A stretch of 64,000 nucleotides of DNA from Myxococcales bacterium (GCA_045863395.1 BTVJ01000001.1:224001-288000), one strand, 5' to 3'. Positions 30,365 to 40,546 are shown, numbered from the stretch's first letter. Notes: a model not told the origin generated them from the sequence alone. Numbers and translations: made by a program.

Positions 30365-32311
30365 ATGTCGCAGAGCATCTACGCGCCGAAGCCGCACATC
30401 GTGGAGCGAGCCCACCTGAAGAGCCTGGACGAGTACCGCGAGCTCTACGAACGATCCCTGAGAGATCCCGAGGGCTTCTGGGCAGAGCAGGCCCGCACGC
30501 TGACCTGGTACCACGAGTGGCACACGGTCTTCGATGCGGACTACGAGGAGGTGGACTTCACGTGGTACTCGGGCGGGCGCCTCAACGCGGCGTTCAACTG
30601 CATCGACCGGCACCTGAGCGAGCGGGGCGACCAGCCGGCCATCCTGTGGGCGGGCAACGAGCCCGGCGAGTACCGGACGATCACGTATCGCGACCTGAAG
30701 CACAACGTCGGCCGCATCGCCAACGTGCTCCTGAGCCACGGGGTGCGCAAGGGCGACCGGGTGTGCCTCTACATGCCCATGATCCCCGAGCTGGCCTACA
30801 CCATGCTGGCCTGCGCGCGCATCGGCGCGGTGCACTCGGTGGTGTTCGCGGGCTTCTCGTCCGAATCGCTGCGGGACCGCATCGTGGACGCCCGGTGCAA
30901 GGTGGTGGTCACGGCCAACGAGGCGGTGCGCGGCCCGAAGCGCATCCCCCTCAAGCGCATCGTGGACCGCGCCATCGAGGGCATGTCGATGGTCGAGACG
31001 GTGCTGGTGGCGCGGCGCACGAACGCCGACGTGCCCATGACGCCGGGGCGCGACCTGTGGCTGGAGGAGGAGGCCCACCGCCAGCGCTCCACCTGCACCG
31101 CCGAGTGGATGGGCGCGGAGGACCCGCTGTTCATCCTCTACACGTCGGGGAGCACCGGCAAGCCCAAGGGGGTGCTGCACACCACCGGCGGCTACATGGT
31201 CTACGCGGCGCTCACCCACCGGCTGGTCTTCGACTACCACCCGGGGGACATCTACTTCTGCGCGGCCGACGCAGGGTGGATCACGGGCCACTCGTACATC
31301 CTCTACGGCCCCCTCGCCAACGGCGCGACGACGGTGATGTTCGAGTCGACCCCGACCTACCCGGATCCGGGTCGCTACTGGCAGGTGGTGCAGGACCTGA
31401 AGGTCAACATCTTCTACACGGCCCCGACGGCGCTGCGGGCCATCGCCCGGGAGGGGGACGAGCCCGTCCGGCGGTACGACCGCTCATCGCTGCGCGTGCT
31501 TGGGACCGTGGGGGAGCCGATCAACCCGGAGATCTGGCGCTGGTACCACGACGTGGTGGGCGAGGGGCGCTGCGCGGTGGTGGACACGTGGTGGCAGACC
31601 GAGACGGGGGGCATCCTGATCACGCCGCTGCCGGGGGTCACGCCGACCAAGCCCGGGTCGGCGACCTTGCCCTTCTTCGGGGTCAAGCCGGTGATCATGG
31701 ACGCGGGGGGGCAGCCCCAGGACGGCAACGGCGTCAGCGGTGCCCTCTGCCTGGCGACACCCTGGCCCGGCCAGGCGCGCACCATCCACGGAGATCACAG
31801 CCGCTTCCGCGAGACCTACTTCACCGCGTACCCGGGCTACTACTTCACGGGGGACGGCTGCACCCGCGACGAGGACGGCTACTACTGGATCACGGGGCGC
31901 ATCGACGACGTGATCAACGTGTCGGGCCACCGGCTGGGGACGGCGGAGGTCGAGAGCGCGCTGGTCGGCCACGAGGCGGTCGCGGAGGCCGCCGTGGTCG
32001 GCTATCCCCACGACATCAAAGGCACGGGCATCTACGCCTACGTGCTGCTGTCACCGGAGGCGGCGGGCACTCCCCACGGAGAGCTGGTGGGCGCGCTGAA
32101 GCACGCGGTGCGGGAGGCCATCGGCGCCTTTGCCGCGCCGGACGTCATCCACGTGGCGGACGGCCTCCCGAAGACCCGCAGCGGCAAGATCATGCGGCGG
32201 ATCCTGCGGAAGATCGCGGCGGGCGAGTACACCGGGCTCGGCGACGTCTCTACGCTGGCCGAGCCCGAGGTGGTCGACAGGCTCATCGAGCAGCACCGGG
32301 CGCTGGGCTGA
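30365..32311 (+). CDS. acs: Acetyl-CoA synthetase
   Basis: [39 protein letters not shown]. Confidence 0.97.
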   Translation: MSQSIYAPKPHIVERAHLKSLDEYRELYERSLRDPEGFWAEQARTLTWYHEWHTVFDADYEEVDFTWYSGGRLNAAFNCIDRHLSERGDQPAILWAGNEPGEYRTITYRDLKHNVGRIANVLLSHGVRKGDRVCLYMPMIPELAYTMLACARIGAVHSVVFAGFSSESLRDRIVDARCKVVVTANEAVRGPKRIPLKRIVDRAIEGMSMVETVLVARRTNADVPMTPGRDLWLEEEAHRQRSTCTAEWMGAEDPLFILYTSGSTGKPKGVLHTTGGYMVYAALTHRLVFDYHPGDIYFCAADAGWITGHSYILYGPLANGATTVMFESTPTYPDPGRYWQVVQDLKVNIFYTAPTALRAIAREGDEPVRRYDRSSLRVLGTVGEPINPEIWRWYHDVVGEGRCAVVDTWWQTETGGILITPLPGVTPTKPGSATLPFFGVKPVIMDAGGQPQDGNGVSGALCLATPWPGQARTIHGDHSRFRETYFTAYPGYYFTGDGCTRDEDGYYWITGRIDDVINVSGHRLGTAEVESALVGHEAVAEAAVVGYPHDIKGTGIYAYVLLSPEAAGTPHGELVGALKHAVREAIGAFAAPDVIHVADGLPKTRSGKIMRRILRKIAAGEYTGLGDVSTLAEPEVVDRLIEQHRALG

Positions 32312-33212
32312 GGTCCTCGAGGCGTATGACGGCGCCTCGCGCTCCGAGCGCCGCGCAGGCTAGCGCGCCGGCCCGAGCTGCGCGGGTGGCCGCGTCGTAG
32401 AGCGGCAGGCCGTCGAGCCACCCGTCGAGGAGGGCCGCCGCGTGGGCGTCTCCGGCGCCCGTGGAGTCGACGACCCGCGCCACGGAAGGAGGGATGCCCA
32501 CGACCCTGGCACCGCTCGCGGCCACGCTCCCCCGCTCGCCCAGCGTCACGACCACCCAGGGGACCACTGCGGCGAGGGCGGCCGCGACGGCCGCGATCTC
32601 CGAGAGACCGCGCAGCGCCCCGATGTCCCTCGCGGCCGCTTCGGAGAGCTGAAGCACCGCGAGCAGCGGGAGCAGCGCGTCGAGGCGCTCGCGGGCAAGG
32701 GGCCGCCCTGGGCAGGTGTGGAGATCCAGGGAGACGGGGCGCCCGCTGCGACGCCGGGCCAACGCCAGGGCGGTGTCGGTGACGCGGTCCAGGTGCAGGA
32801 GGCGCGCGCCGCTGAGCAGGTCCGCGGGCACGTCCGCGGGGCGCAGCGGCAGGACGGCACGCTCGGGCACCTCGACCCGGAAGAGGCCCCGATCATCGGG
32901 CCCCTTGAAGATGAAGCTGCGCTTGGTGCGCCGGCCGGCGCTGACGGCGATGTGAGCCGCCAGCCCCTGGAGAGCGGCAGTCGCCTGGCGCCCCTCCTCG
33001 TCGTCGCCGACCCGACCGACCACCGCCACCGAACGACCCAGGCGGGCAGCGGCGACAGCCGTGTTGTGGGCGCTGCCGCCGCCGTCACGGACGATCTCGC
33101 TGGCGCGTGCAAGGAGCTCTGAGATCGGGGCCGTCGCCGCGTCGGGCGGGAGCGATGGGAGCAGGGCGGTGGCCTCCCAGACCGGATTGTCGCCGCAGAG
33201 CAGATCGATCAT
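32283..33212 (-). CDS. PfkB-family carbohydrate kinase
   Basis: [37 protein letters not shown]. Confidence 0.9.
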   Translation of the reverse strand: MIDLLCGDNPVWEATALLPSLPPDAATAPISELLARASEIVRDGGGSAHNTAVAAARLGRSVAVVGRVGDDEEGRQATAALQGLAAHIAVSAGRRTKRSFIFKGPDDRGLFRVEVPERAVLPLRPADVPADLLSGARLLHLDRVTDTALALARRRSGRPVSLDLHTCPGRPLARERLDALLPLLAVLQLSEAAARDIGALRGLSEIAAVAAALAAVVPWVVVTLGERGSVAASGARVVGIPPSVARVVDSTGAGDAHAAALLDGWLDGLPLYDAATRAARAGALACAALGARGAVIRLEDLSPAPGAAR

Positions 33213-34210
33213 TGCACGAACAGCCAGTCAGCGCCTTCGCGGAGGCGTGAGCCCAGGAGCGCCTCGCGGATCTGTGCCCGCGCGCCCTTGGCGCCGACCG
33301 CGACGATCAATGGGGTGTCGCGAAGCTCTGGAACCCGCTCCCAGGACAGCACCGGCACCTGCCGGCCGACGCGCCCGCCGATCTTGCGCGGGTCGATGTC
33401 GAAGAAGCCCGCGACCGCGATGCCGACCTCCGCGAGGATCGGTCGCCAGCGCTTGCCGTCGGGCCCTGCACCCCAGATGCGGACGGCGCGGCGGTCCCGC
33501 AGGAAGGTCCGCGCCAGGTGCGCCGCCTTCAGGCGGAGGAAGCCGCTCGCCCCATAGCGGGGGTCGGTGCGGGTCAGCCGCCCATCTCCGTCGCGCCACC
33601 GCAGCAGGACCCGCGGCACCTTGGCCATGCGCACGCCCGCCTCGTGCATCCGTAGCCACAGGTCGTAGTCCTCGGGGAACGGCCCGTCCCGGTACTCCGT
33701 GAGCACGGAGCGGCGCGCCAGGACGCTCGGGTGCACGAGGGGTGACTCCACGAGCCTCTCCACCGCGATCTGTTCGGGCTCCACGAGCCCGTTGAGCCAC
33801 GCCTCATAGTGGCGCATGCCGTCGCTGATGAGCTCGGCGGGGAAGCACTCCACGAGGCAGGATGCGAGGCCCAGCTCGGGACGGGAGTCGAGCAGCCGGA
33901 CCTGGGCCTCCAGGCGGTCGGGCAGGCTCAGGTCGTCTGCGTCCATGCGCGCGATGAGGGGTGCGCGCGCCAGGCGCAGGCCCTCGTTGAGCGCCGCAAC
34001 GATTCCGCGCGGCGGCCCCTGCACGACGCGGAGCCGGACGTCCTGCACCGCGACCGAGCGCAGCAGCTCCAGGGAGCCGTCCGAGGAGCCATCGTCCACC
34101 GCGATGAGCTCCCACGCAGCGAGGGTCTGCGCTCGCACGCTGTCGATGGCCGCGCCCAACGTGGCGGCGGCGTCGCGGACGGGCATCAGCACCGAGACCA
34201 GCGGATCCAT
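33209..34210 (-). CDS. Glycosyltransferase family 2
   Basis: VSVLMPV, VDDGSSD, RMDADD, EDYDLW. Confidence 0.9.
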   Translation of the reverse strand: MDPLVSVLMPVRDAAATLGAAIDSVRAQTLAAWELIAVDDGSSDGSLELLRSVAVQDVRLRVVQGPPRGIVAALNEGLRLARAPLIARMDADDLSLPDRLEAQVRLLDSRPELGLASCLVECFPAELISDGMRHYEAWLNGLVEPEQIAVERLVESPLVHPSVLARRSVLTEYRDGPFPEDYDLWLRMHEAGVRMAKVPRVLLRWRDGDGRLTRTDPRYGASGFLRLKAAHLARTFLRDRRAVRIWGAGPDGKRWRPILAEVGIAVAGFFDIDPRKIGGRVGRQVPVLSWERVPELRDTPLIVAVGAKGARAQIREALLGSRLREGADWLFVQ

Positions 34211-34292
34211 GGGGGAAGCCACATACCGGATGGTCCCCGGCGGCGCAAGGTACTTGGGCGTGGGAGCGGGCTGGCGTATCATCCCCGGTCGC

Positions 34293-34931
34293 ATGAGCAC
34301 CCGCACCTTGTGGCTGATCCTCCTGGTCCCGCTGGCAGCCTTCCTGGCGCTGCGCATCCTGCCACGCCTCGGCCCCCTGGCGCTCGACGTGGCGCTGGTG
34401 GCGATCGCCGCGCTGATCGTCACCGCGCTCGTGCGCAAGCGGCGGCGGCGCCACGTGCCGGACGAGCGGGAGCGCGCGGCCCGCGTCGAGCGGCTGCGGG
34501 TGCGCATGGAGGCTCTGGATGGGCGCATGGAGGAGGTGCGGGGCCACCTGCTGCAGCTCGACGCGGCGCGGGAGGAGACGCGCGCCCAGCTCGACGCGGA
34601 GACCCGCCCTGCCATGATCGCCACGCTGCGCGCCAACCTGGAGCACTACGACGGCATCGAGGCCGCCAACCGCCGCTGGCTCCGCGCCATGGGAGACCTC
34701 CGCGACGTGGTGCGCGAGAAGCTGGACGTCCACGCGGCACGCCAGCGGGCGCTCGAGCTGATGGGGAGCACGCCGCGGGTCGATGCCCTCGACAGCGCGA
34801 CGCTCATCGAGGAGACCACGACCCTGGACGGCGAGCTGTCGGACCTGGGAGCCCGCCTGGACGGCCTCGTGGACCGCCTGGAAGCGACCGCCGAGATCGA
34901 GGAGCTGGTGTCCAGATACAGGGAGCCTTGA
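34293..34931 (+). CDS. Hypothetical protein with two TM helices and a coiled coil
   Basis: Hydrophobic N-terminus followed by heptad-rich helical region. Confidence 0.65.
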   Translation: MSTRTLWLILLVPLAAFLALRILPRLGPLALDVALVAIAALIVTALVRKRRRRHVPDERERAARVERLRVRMEALDGRMEEVRGHLLQLDAAREETRAQLDAETRPAMIATLRANLEHYDGIEAANRRWLRAMGDLRDVVREKLDVHAARQRALELMGSTPRVDALDSATLIEETTTLDGELSDLGARLDGLVDRLEATAEIEELVSRYREP

Positions 34932-34941
34932 CAGATACTTC

Positions 34942-34970
34942 TTGACCTGCACCCCTGTTCATCATCTAAT
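34942..34970 (+). promoter_or_regulatory. Sigma70-like promoter for the PPIase-mnmE genes
   Basis: TTGACC-N17-TCTAAT. Confidence 0.55.
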
Positions 34971-35116
34971 TCGAGCCTGAGCCGGCAGGCGATTTGCCCA
35001 CGAACCATTTCGGCGGGTCCCTGAGTCGAGCCGGTTGGAGTTGATACGAGGCCATCGTTCCCCCCGCACCCCCCCGGGAGACGAAGCGTTTGGCGGTGGG
35101 CAGCAGGAGAGAGTCG

Positions 35117-35611
35117 ATGGTCGCGCGAGAGAAGAACCACCCGTCCCTTCACCCGGAGGAGCCACTGAAGGTCCGCAAGAACCGCCAGGTCACCCTCCAC
35201 TACCGCATCCTGCTCGCGACGGGCGAGGAGTTCGACGCCTCCCCCGCGGACAGCCCGCTCCAGTTCATCTGTGGCCGAGGCGAGACCATCGTGGGGCTGG
35301 AGAAGCGCATCATGGGTCTGGAGGCCGGTGACACGAAGCAGTTCGTCGTGCCGCCCGAGGAGGCCTTCGGCCCACGGGAAGAGTCGCTGATCCGGGTGAT
35401 GCCACTTGACGAGGTCCCGGGAGGCACCCCCACGGTGGGGCGCGTGATCCCCATCCGGGACAAGGGCACCGAGGTGGTCTTCCGCATCGTGGAGGTGGCC
35501 GACGACCACGTGGTGGCCGACTTCAACCACCCGCTGGCGGGGCAGTCGCTCCGGTACGAGGTCACCATCGTCGACGTGGACGACCCGCCCAGCGACCCGA
35601 TCTTCTTCTGA
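35117..35611 (+). CDS. FKBP-type peptidyl-prolyl isomerase (SlyD/FkpB-like, no His tail)
   Basis: VTLHY, PEEAFG, DFNHPLAG. Confidence 0.88.
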   Translation: MVAREKNHPSLHPEEPLKVRKNRQVTLHYRILLATGEEFDASPADSPLQFICGRGETIVGLEKRIMGLEAGDTKQFVVPPEEAFGPREESLIRVMPLDEVPGGTPTVGRVIPIRDKGTEVVFRIVEVADDHVVADFNHPLAGQSLRYEVTIVDVDDPPSDPIFF

Positions 35612-35647
35612 TCCGCAGCTCACTCCGACGACTCGGGCCGCGCGCCC

Positions 35648-36988
35648 ATGCTTGACGACACCATCGCCGCCATCGCCACCGGCCCCCAGAGCGCCGCTGT
35701 GGCCATCGTCCGCCTGAGCGGACCCGACTCCGTTGCTGTGTGCATGCGCCTCGTGCCGGGACTGGGGCGAGGCTGGGAGCCTCGGCGCCTGACCCTGCGC
35801 CGCGTCGTGGACAACGCAGGCACCCCGCTGGACAGGGCGCTCGTGGTGGTGATGCCGGGACCCACGACCTTCACGGGGGAGGACGTAGTGGAGCTGCACA
35901 TCCACGGCGGCACCGTCCAGGCGCGGCGCGTCCTGGATGCCGCGCTCGCGGCGGGCGCGCGGATGGCGGCGCCAGGCGAGTTCAGCCGCCGGGCGTTCCT
36001 CAACGGGCGCATGGACCTGGCGCAGGCCGAGGCCATCGCCGACATCGCGGGCGCCCGGAGCTACGCGGCCCTGGACGCAGCGCAGGCCCAGCTCGGCGGC
36101 GTCCTGTCGCGGGAGGTGGAGGCGGTGCGCGACCGCATCGCGACGCTCCTCGCCCGGGTCGAGGTGAACATCGACTTCTCCGCAGAGGACGTCCCCACCT
36201 TCCCGCTCCGTGAGCTCGCGACCTCCATGGATGAGGAGCGTGCAGCCCTGGAGCGCCTCGCGGGCACGTTCGAGCGGGGCCGCGCCCTGCGGGAGGGGCT
36301 GCACGTGGCGCTGATCGGCCGCCCCAACGTCGGCAAGTCGAGCCTCTTCAACGCCCTGCTCCAGGAGTCCCGGGCCATCGTCACGCCCATCCCCGGGACG
36401 ACCCGCGACCTCATCGAGGAGACTGCGTCCATCCGGGGCTACCCGGTGGTGCTCGTAGACACGGCAGGGCTGCGAGACACGGAGGACCCCATCGAGCGGG
36501 AGGGCATCGCGCGGACCCGGGCTCGCCTTCTGCGAGCCGACGTCGTTGTCCGCGTCTTCGATGGGTCGCGACCCCCAGGCCCCGAGGACGAGCTGACAAG
36601 AGATGCAGGGAGCGACCGCGCCCTGTCGGTGCTCAACAAGCGCGACCTCGGCCTGGACCCGGCCTGGGCCCCCACCCTGCTGCGGGTCTCCGCCACCACC
36701 GGCGAGGGCATCGAGGCACTGGCGGACGCGCTCCTGGAGGCGGCGGGGCTGGATGAACCGCTCGCGACCGAGGCGGCCGTCGTCACACGGGCACGCCACC
36801 GGGCAGCCCTGGACCGGGCAGTCGAGGCGCTGGCGCAGGCGGCGGAGGCCGCTCGACTCTCTCTGCCGCACGAGATCGTCGCCGGGGAGCTCCAGCTCGC
36901 GCTCCTGGCGCTGGGAGACATCGTGGGAGCGACCACGGCGGAGGACATCCTCGACCGCATCTTCGCCACATTCTGCATCGGGAAATAG
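35648..36988 (+). CDS. mnmE: tRNA modification GTPase MnmE
   Basis: DTIAAIAT, GEFSRRAFLNG, GRPNVGKSS, GTTRD, DTAG, NKRD, C-terminal FCIGK. Confidence 0.97.
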   Translation: MLDDTIAAIATGPQSAAVAIVRLSGPDSVAVCMRLVPGLGRGWEPRRLTLRRVVDNAGTPLDRALVVVMPGPTTFTGEDVVELHIHGGTVQARRVLDAALAAGARMAAPGEFSRRAFLNGRMDLAQAEAIADIAGARSYAALDAAQAQLGGVLSREVEAVRDRIATLLARVEVNIDFSAEDVPTFPLRELATSMDEERAALERLAGTFERGRALREGLHVALIGRPNVGKSSLFNALLQESRAIVTPIPGTTRDLIEETASIRGYPVVLVDTAGLRDTEDPIEREGIARTRARLLRADVVVRVFDGSRPPGPEDELTRDAGSDRALSVLNKRDLGLDPAWAPTLLRVSATTGEGIEALADALLEAAGLDEPLATEAAVVTRARHRAALDRAVEALAQAAEAARLSLPHEIVAGELQLALLALGDIVGATTAEDILDRIFATFCIGK

Positions 36989-36989
36989 A

Positions 36990-37055
36990 GGGTCAAGTCT
37001 ACTCACATCTCATATTCTGGCGTGCCAGAATATGAGATGTGAGTAGACTTGACCC
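36990..37055. repeat. Perfect 32-bp-arm palindrome (REP/REPIN-like element, copy 1)
   Basis: GGGTCAAGTCTACTCACATCTCATATTCTGGC-gt-GCCAGAATATGAGATGTGAGTAGACTTGACCC; AT-rich relative to the window. Confidence 0.95.
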
Positions 37056-37059
37056 CCAC

Positions 37060-37716
37060 CTACCGGGTGACAATCTCCGACACCAGCCACTCCCACCCTC
37101 GCTTGTAGAGGGTGAAGCGCCAGACGGGAGCGGTCTCGTCCGCACCCGTGAGCGGGGGATGGCGGAAGTGCACGAGCGCGGTCTCCCCGCGAAGCTCGAC
37201 CTCCAGCGTCGCCAGCGACTTCTCCAGGTCGTCGGGGCTCGCGACCCGATCGATCCAGGCGGCGGTCTCCCGCGCGAAGGACCGGATGGACTCCCGGCGC
37301 TCGTCGATACGGGCCTCACGCCAGAGCGCGACCCACTCGTCTCCATGGCGCTGGCCGTCGTGGACCATCAGGGAGGACTCCAGGTAGGGAATGGAGCTTC
37401 GCCCGCCGTCTCTCTTCGCAATGGCCTGGACGTAGTTGGTGAAGGCGGTCTGTGGGTCGCCGCAGTCCTCGCGGCAGCCGCCGACCATGATCTCCCGCTT
37501 GGCTGCGTGGCTGGCCAACATCTTCTCGGCGGCGACCGCCGCCTCCTCCGAGCCGGGCTCGTGCTCACCCTCCGTCCCCACGGGGGGGGTGACCGGCAGC
37601 GAGGGCGGTTTCTCAGGAAGCGTGGCCGAGGTGGGCGCCGCCTCCTTTCTGCAGCCAGCGACCGCGGCAAGCAGCACGAGAAGGCCGAGGAGTCCACGGG
37701 GGTCAAGTATACTCAT
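37060..37716 (-). CDS. Hypothetical lipoprotein
   Basis: LLAAVAGC lipobox; CREDC motif; ATG lies inside palindrome copy 2. Confidence 0.75.
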   Translation of the reverse strand: MSILDPRGLLGLLVLLAAVAGCRKEAAPTSATLPEKPPSLPVTPPVGTEGEHEPGSEEAAVAAEKMLASHAAKREIMVGGCREDCGDPQTAFTNYVQAIAKRDGGRSSIPYLESSLMVHDGQRHGDEWVALWREARIDERRESIRSFARETAAWIDRVASPDDLEKSLATLEVELRGETALVHFRHPPLTGADETAPVWRFTLYKRGWEWLVSEIVTR

Positions 37717-37762
37717 ATCTCACTTCTCTCCGAAAAATGAGATATGAGTATACTTGACCCCC
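37698..37762. repeat. 25-bp-arm palindrome (copy 2 of the same element)
   Basis: GGGGGTCAAGTATACTCATATCTCA-N15-TGAGATATGAGTATACTTGACCCCC. Confidence 0.95.
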
Positions 37763-38541
37763 TCGCGCCACTTGAAGGTGGGGTGGACCTCCGTTGTGAG
37801 GCCCCGGGCCTCCAGCATGGCGGCCACCTCACGGCCAGGCAGGCCGGAGACTCTCAGCCAGGCGTGGCACGCAGGGCCAATCACGTGTTGGGCGCCCAGG
37901 GCGAGCTCGAGCATCGCCGGAGGGGGCGCCGGCACGAGCAGGGCCGCGGTGGACACGCGATCCCTGAGGGTGGCCGACGCGGGGCCCCGCATGCGGCGAA
38001 GCGCTGCGGCAACCTCCGCAGGAGCGACCACGACGCCGACCGGGGTGTCGCCCGCCGTCGACAACACCTGGATGGCGTGGGAGTCGTCGGGGAGCCCCCC
38101 GGCCCTCCTGTCGACGATCACCCATGGACGGGGCGCGTCCAGGCGCGCCAGCGTAGACAAGATCACGGCCGCGTCCCCCGTCACGGGCGCCGGGTCGCCC
38201 GGCTCCGCCACGAGCACCGCCGCACAGCTCGCCGCGACCAGGAGCAGCCCGTCCATCCGCGCGTGGAGCGAGGCGTCCCTGCCCGCGTCGATGACCCTGG
38301 CACCGCAGGAGATGGGTACGCGGAAGTGGTCATCGGGACATGGCTCGAAGGTGGCAACCCGGTCACCCGAGGCGAGCAGCGTGCGCAGCACCAGCTCGAG
38401 GGCCGCCCCCGGAGACTCGGCGACGACAACCCGGGCGGGGTCCACTCCCAGGCCGGACGCCGGCTCCCCCGGATCCCGCGGGAGGAAGCGCCTGGAGGGG
38501 TACGCGTCGAGGCGCAGCGGATCGGTCCACGGCGCGGTCAA
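37720..38541 (-). CDS. Degenerate class I/II aminotransferase-fold (HisC-like) protein
   Basis: YP...LGVDPARVVV...LELVLRTLLASGDRVATFEP...WVIVD resembles HisC; no SK catalytic-Lys motif; TTG start overlapping the upstream stop. Confidence 0.5.
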   Translation of the reverse strand: MTAPWTDPLRLDAYPSRRFLPRDPGEPASGLGVDPARVVVAESPGAALELVLRTLLASGDRVATFEPCPDDHFRVPISCGARVIDAGRDASLHARMDGLLLVAASCAAVLVAEPGDPAPVTGDAAVILSTLARLDAPRPWVIVDRRAGGLPDDSHAIQVLSTAGDTPVGVVVAPAEVAAALRRMRGPASATLRDRVSTAALLVPAPPPAMLELALGAQHVIGPACHAWLRVSGLPGREVAAMLEARGLTTEVHPTFKWREGVKYTHISFFGEK

Positions 38542-40388
38542 GCGACCCGTCGGCGCAGCGCCAGAAGAAGCAACAGCCCGGCCACGGGAGCCGCCCCGCC
38601 TCCACCCGCCGCGCACCCGGACGACGCGGCGGTCGGAGCCACCTGCTGCGGCTCCGCAGTCCCCGGTCCGAAGGCCCCACCGCCGCCCCCACCGGCCGGC
38701 AGCGGCGCATAGCCCGCGTTGCCGGGCGCCCAGTGGTTGGCGCCAATGGTGACGGGCGCGGGCGCCGTCGACGTCCCCCCGGGGAGCGCCGGCTCCCAGT
38801 GGCTGCCCCCCATGCTGACAGGCCCCCCCGGCTCCGGATCGTCGCCAGGGTCCGTCACCGGGTCGGGGTCCGTCACCGGATCGGGGTCCGTCACCGGGTC
38901 GGGGTCCGTCACCGGGTCGGGGTCCGACACCGGATCGGGGTCCGTCACCGGGTCAGGGTCCGTCACCGGGTCGGGATCGGGCACCACCACCTTGACCAGC
39001 GCCAGGCTCTTCCAGTTGTCGACGCCCGCCTCGACGATCTTGTCCTCGGCCTTGGTCTCGTAGCCCGGCGCGGAAGCCGTGACCGTATACGTGCCTGCCC
39101 CTACCGTGAACTTGTAGAGCCCGTCGCCCCCGGTGGTCGCGGTCTGCCCCGAGCTGAGCTTGACGGTGGCGCCCGCGATGTTGGGACCATTGAACACGTC
39201 CCCCTCACGGATGAAGCCGAGCAGCGTCCCGGTCGTGGGTGGAGGCGTCGTGCCGCCTCCGCCGCCCGTGACGTAGCTCATGTACTTGTCCCAGTTCCAA
39301 TTGGACCCCGGGTCCGTGTGGCAGCCCTTGCCGCCGCCGTTCGGGTTGGCGCACCCGGGGACCTCATGGTGGCCGATGATGTGCTTGCGGTCCTTGGGGA
39401 TCCCGTACTTGTCGCAGATGGCGGCGGTCAGCTTCGCCGACTCCTTGTACATGGCCTCCGTGTACCACGACGCGTCCGAGACGAAGCCCTCGTGCTCGAT
39501 GCCGATGCTCTGCTCGTTGTACGTCCAGTTGCCGGCATGCCACGCGATGTCCTTCTCGAGCACCGACTGGGTGATCGCCCCATTGCTGGACTTGACGCTG
39601 TAGTGCGCGCTCACCTGCGAGGAGCAATTGGCGAACCATGAGATGGAGCCGGCGTAGCTGCCCTGCATGGTGTGGATCACCACGTAGTTGATGTTGCCCT
39701 TCTTGCGGTTTGCGGTGGTGTAGTTGCCGGAGCACGCCGACGTGTAGGCGGCCGGCCCGTAGTCCGGCGACGGCGGGATGGACGCGCGGGCGCTCTGGAT
39801 ACGCTCCTTCAGCGACTTGCTGGTCGCCCCAGGGATCAGCACCCGGCTCCCGTCAATCAGCTCGATGAGAGCCCCGTCGTGGACCGTCTGCATGACGTCG
39901 GCGGCGTACCCGTCGGCGGACGCCCCATCGAGCCCGGACCACGCAGCGACCGCCTCCCACCAGTCGTCGGCGACATCGGGCCGGGCACCTCGCGCCATTC
40001 CACGCAGCAACGCCGCCGCGGCCTGGACGTTGGCCTCGGTGAGCGCCGCGACCGCAGCCTCGGGCAACCCCGCGGCCCGGGCCGCGGCCTGGACGGTGGC
40101 GCCCCGCTCCCCGTGCTGGCGCAGACCCATGACCCCCACCATGCCCGGGGCCTCGCCGTGCTGCGCGCCAGGACAGTCCAGCTCAGGCTCGCGCGGCGAA
40201 GACCGCATGCCCGACTCCTGGGCGGCGAGGGCCTGCAACACCTCGACCGGCACATCCCACCGAAGCGCGGCGTCCCGGAAGATGGAGTCGAGGCGCGCTG
40301 CTTCTCCCTCGGCGCCCAGCGCACTGGCCGGAACCAAGGCGATGATGCAGAGCAGCATGGACAGTCGGGACATCGCAAGTCGTCTCAT
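38538..40388 (-). CDS. N-acetylmuramoyl-L-alanine amidase (Amidase_2) with N-terminal lysozyme-like region, carboxypeptidase-regulatory-like domain and MYXO-CTERM tail
   Basis: VVIHTMQG, VSAHY, AWHAGN, SIGIEHEG, IIGH, HTDPG; GCAAGG...LLLLALRRR. Confidence 0.88.
   Translation of the reverse strand: MRRLAMSRLSMLLCIIALVPASALGAEGEAARLDSIFRDAALRWDVPVEVLQALAAQESGMRSSPREPELDCPGAQHGEAPGMVGVMGLRQHGERGATVQAAARAAGLPEAAVAALTEANVQAAAALLRGMARGARPDVADDWWEAVAAWSGLDGASADGYAADVMQTVHDGALIELIDGSRVLIPGATSKSLKERIQSARASIPPSPDYGPAAYTSACSGNYTTANRKKGNINYVVIHTMQGSYAGSISWFANCSSQVSAHYSVKSSNGAITQSVLEKDIAWHAGNWTYNEQSIGIEHEGFVSDASWYTEAMYKESAKLTAAICDKYGIPKDRKHIIGHHEVPGCANPNGGGKGCHTDPGSNWNWDKYMSYVTGGGGGTTPPPTTGTLLGFIREGDVFNGPNIAGATVKLSSGQTATTGGDGLYKFTVGAGTYTVTASAPGYETKAEDKIVEAGVDNWKSLALVKVVVPDPDPVTDPDPVTDPDPVSDPDPVTDPDPVTDPDPVTDPDPVTDPGDDPEPGGPVSMGGSHWEPALPGGTSTAPAPVTIGANHWAPGNAGYAPLPAGGGGGGAFGPGTAEPQQVAPTAASSGCAAGGGGAAPVAGLLLLLALRRRVA
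38848..38978 (-). repeat. 18-bp coding tandem repeat (DPDPVT x~7)
   Basis: GGGTCCGTCACCGGGTCG-type units. Confidence 0.9.
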
Positions 40389-40546
40389 GGCAAGGCTCCT
40401 GGAGTCAGGGTCCGACAGGCGAGGGTAGCACAGGATGCCACCACGAGGAAGCAGGCGGCCGCGCCGACAGTGCGCGCGGGGGCCCGGGATGCTTGCCACC
40501 CGTGGGCGGACCGGCTACGCTCGGTCTCACTCCCGGGAGGTGCAGG

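Noticed and set aside
35648..37100. Replication origin near mnmE
   Set aside because: No DnaA-box cluster and no dnaA/yidC/gidA/parAB neighbours in the window
36990..37762. Palindromes as integron attC sites, dif sites or a complete IS
   Set aside because: No RYYYAAC/GTTRRRY ends, no XerC/D consensus, no transposase between them and no evident target-site duplication
38848..38978. 18-bp tandem repeats as a CRISPR or mobile element
   Set aside because: Contiguous coding DPDPVT linker
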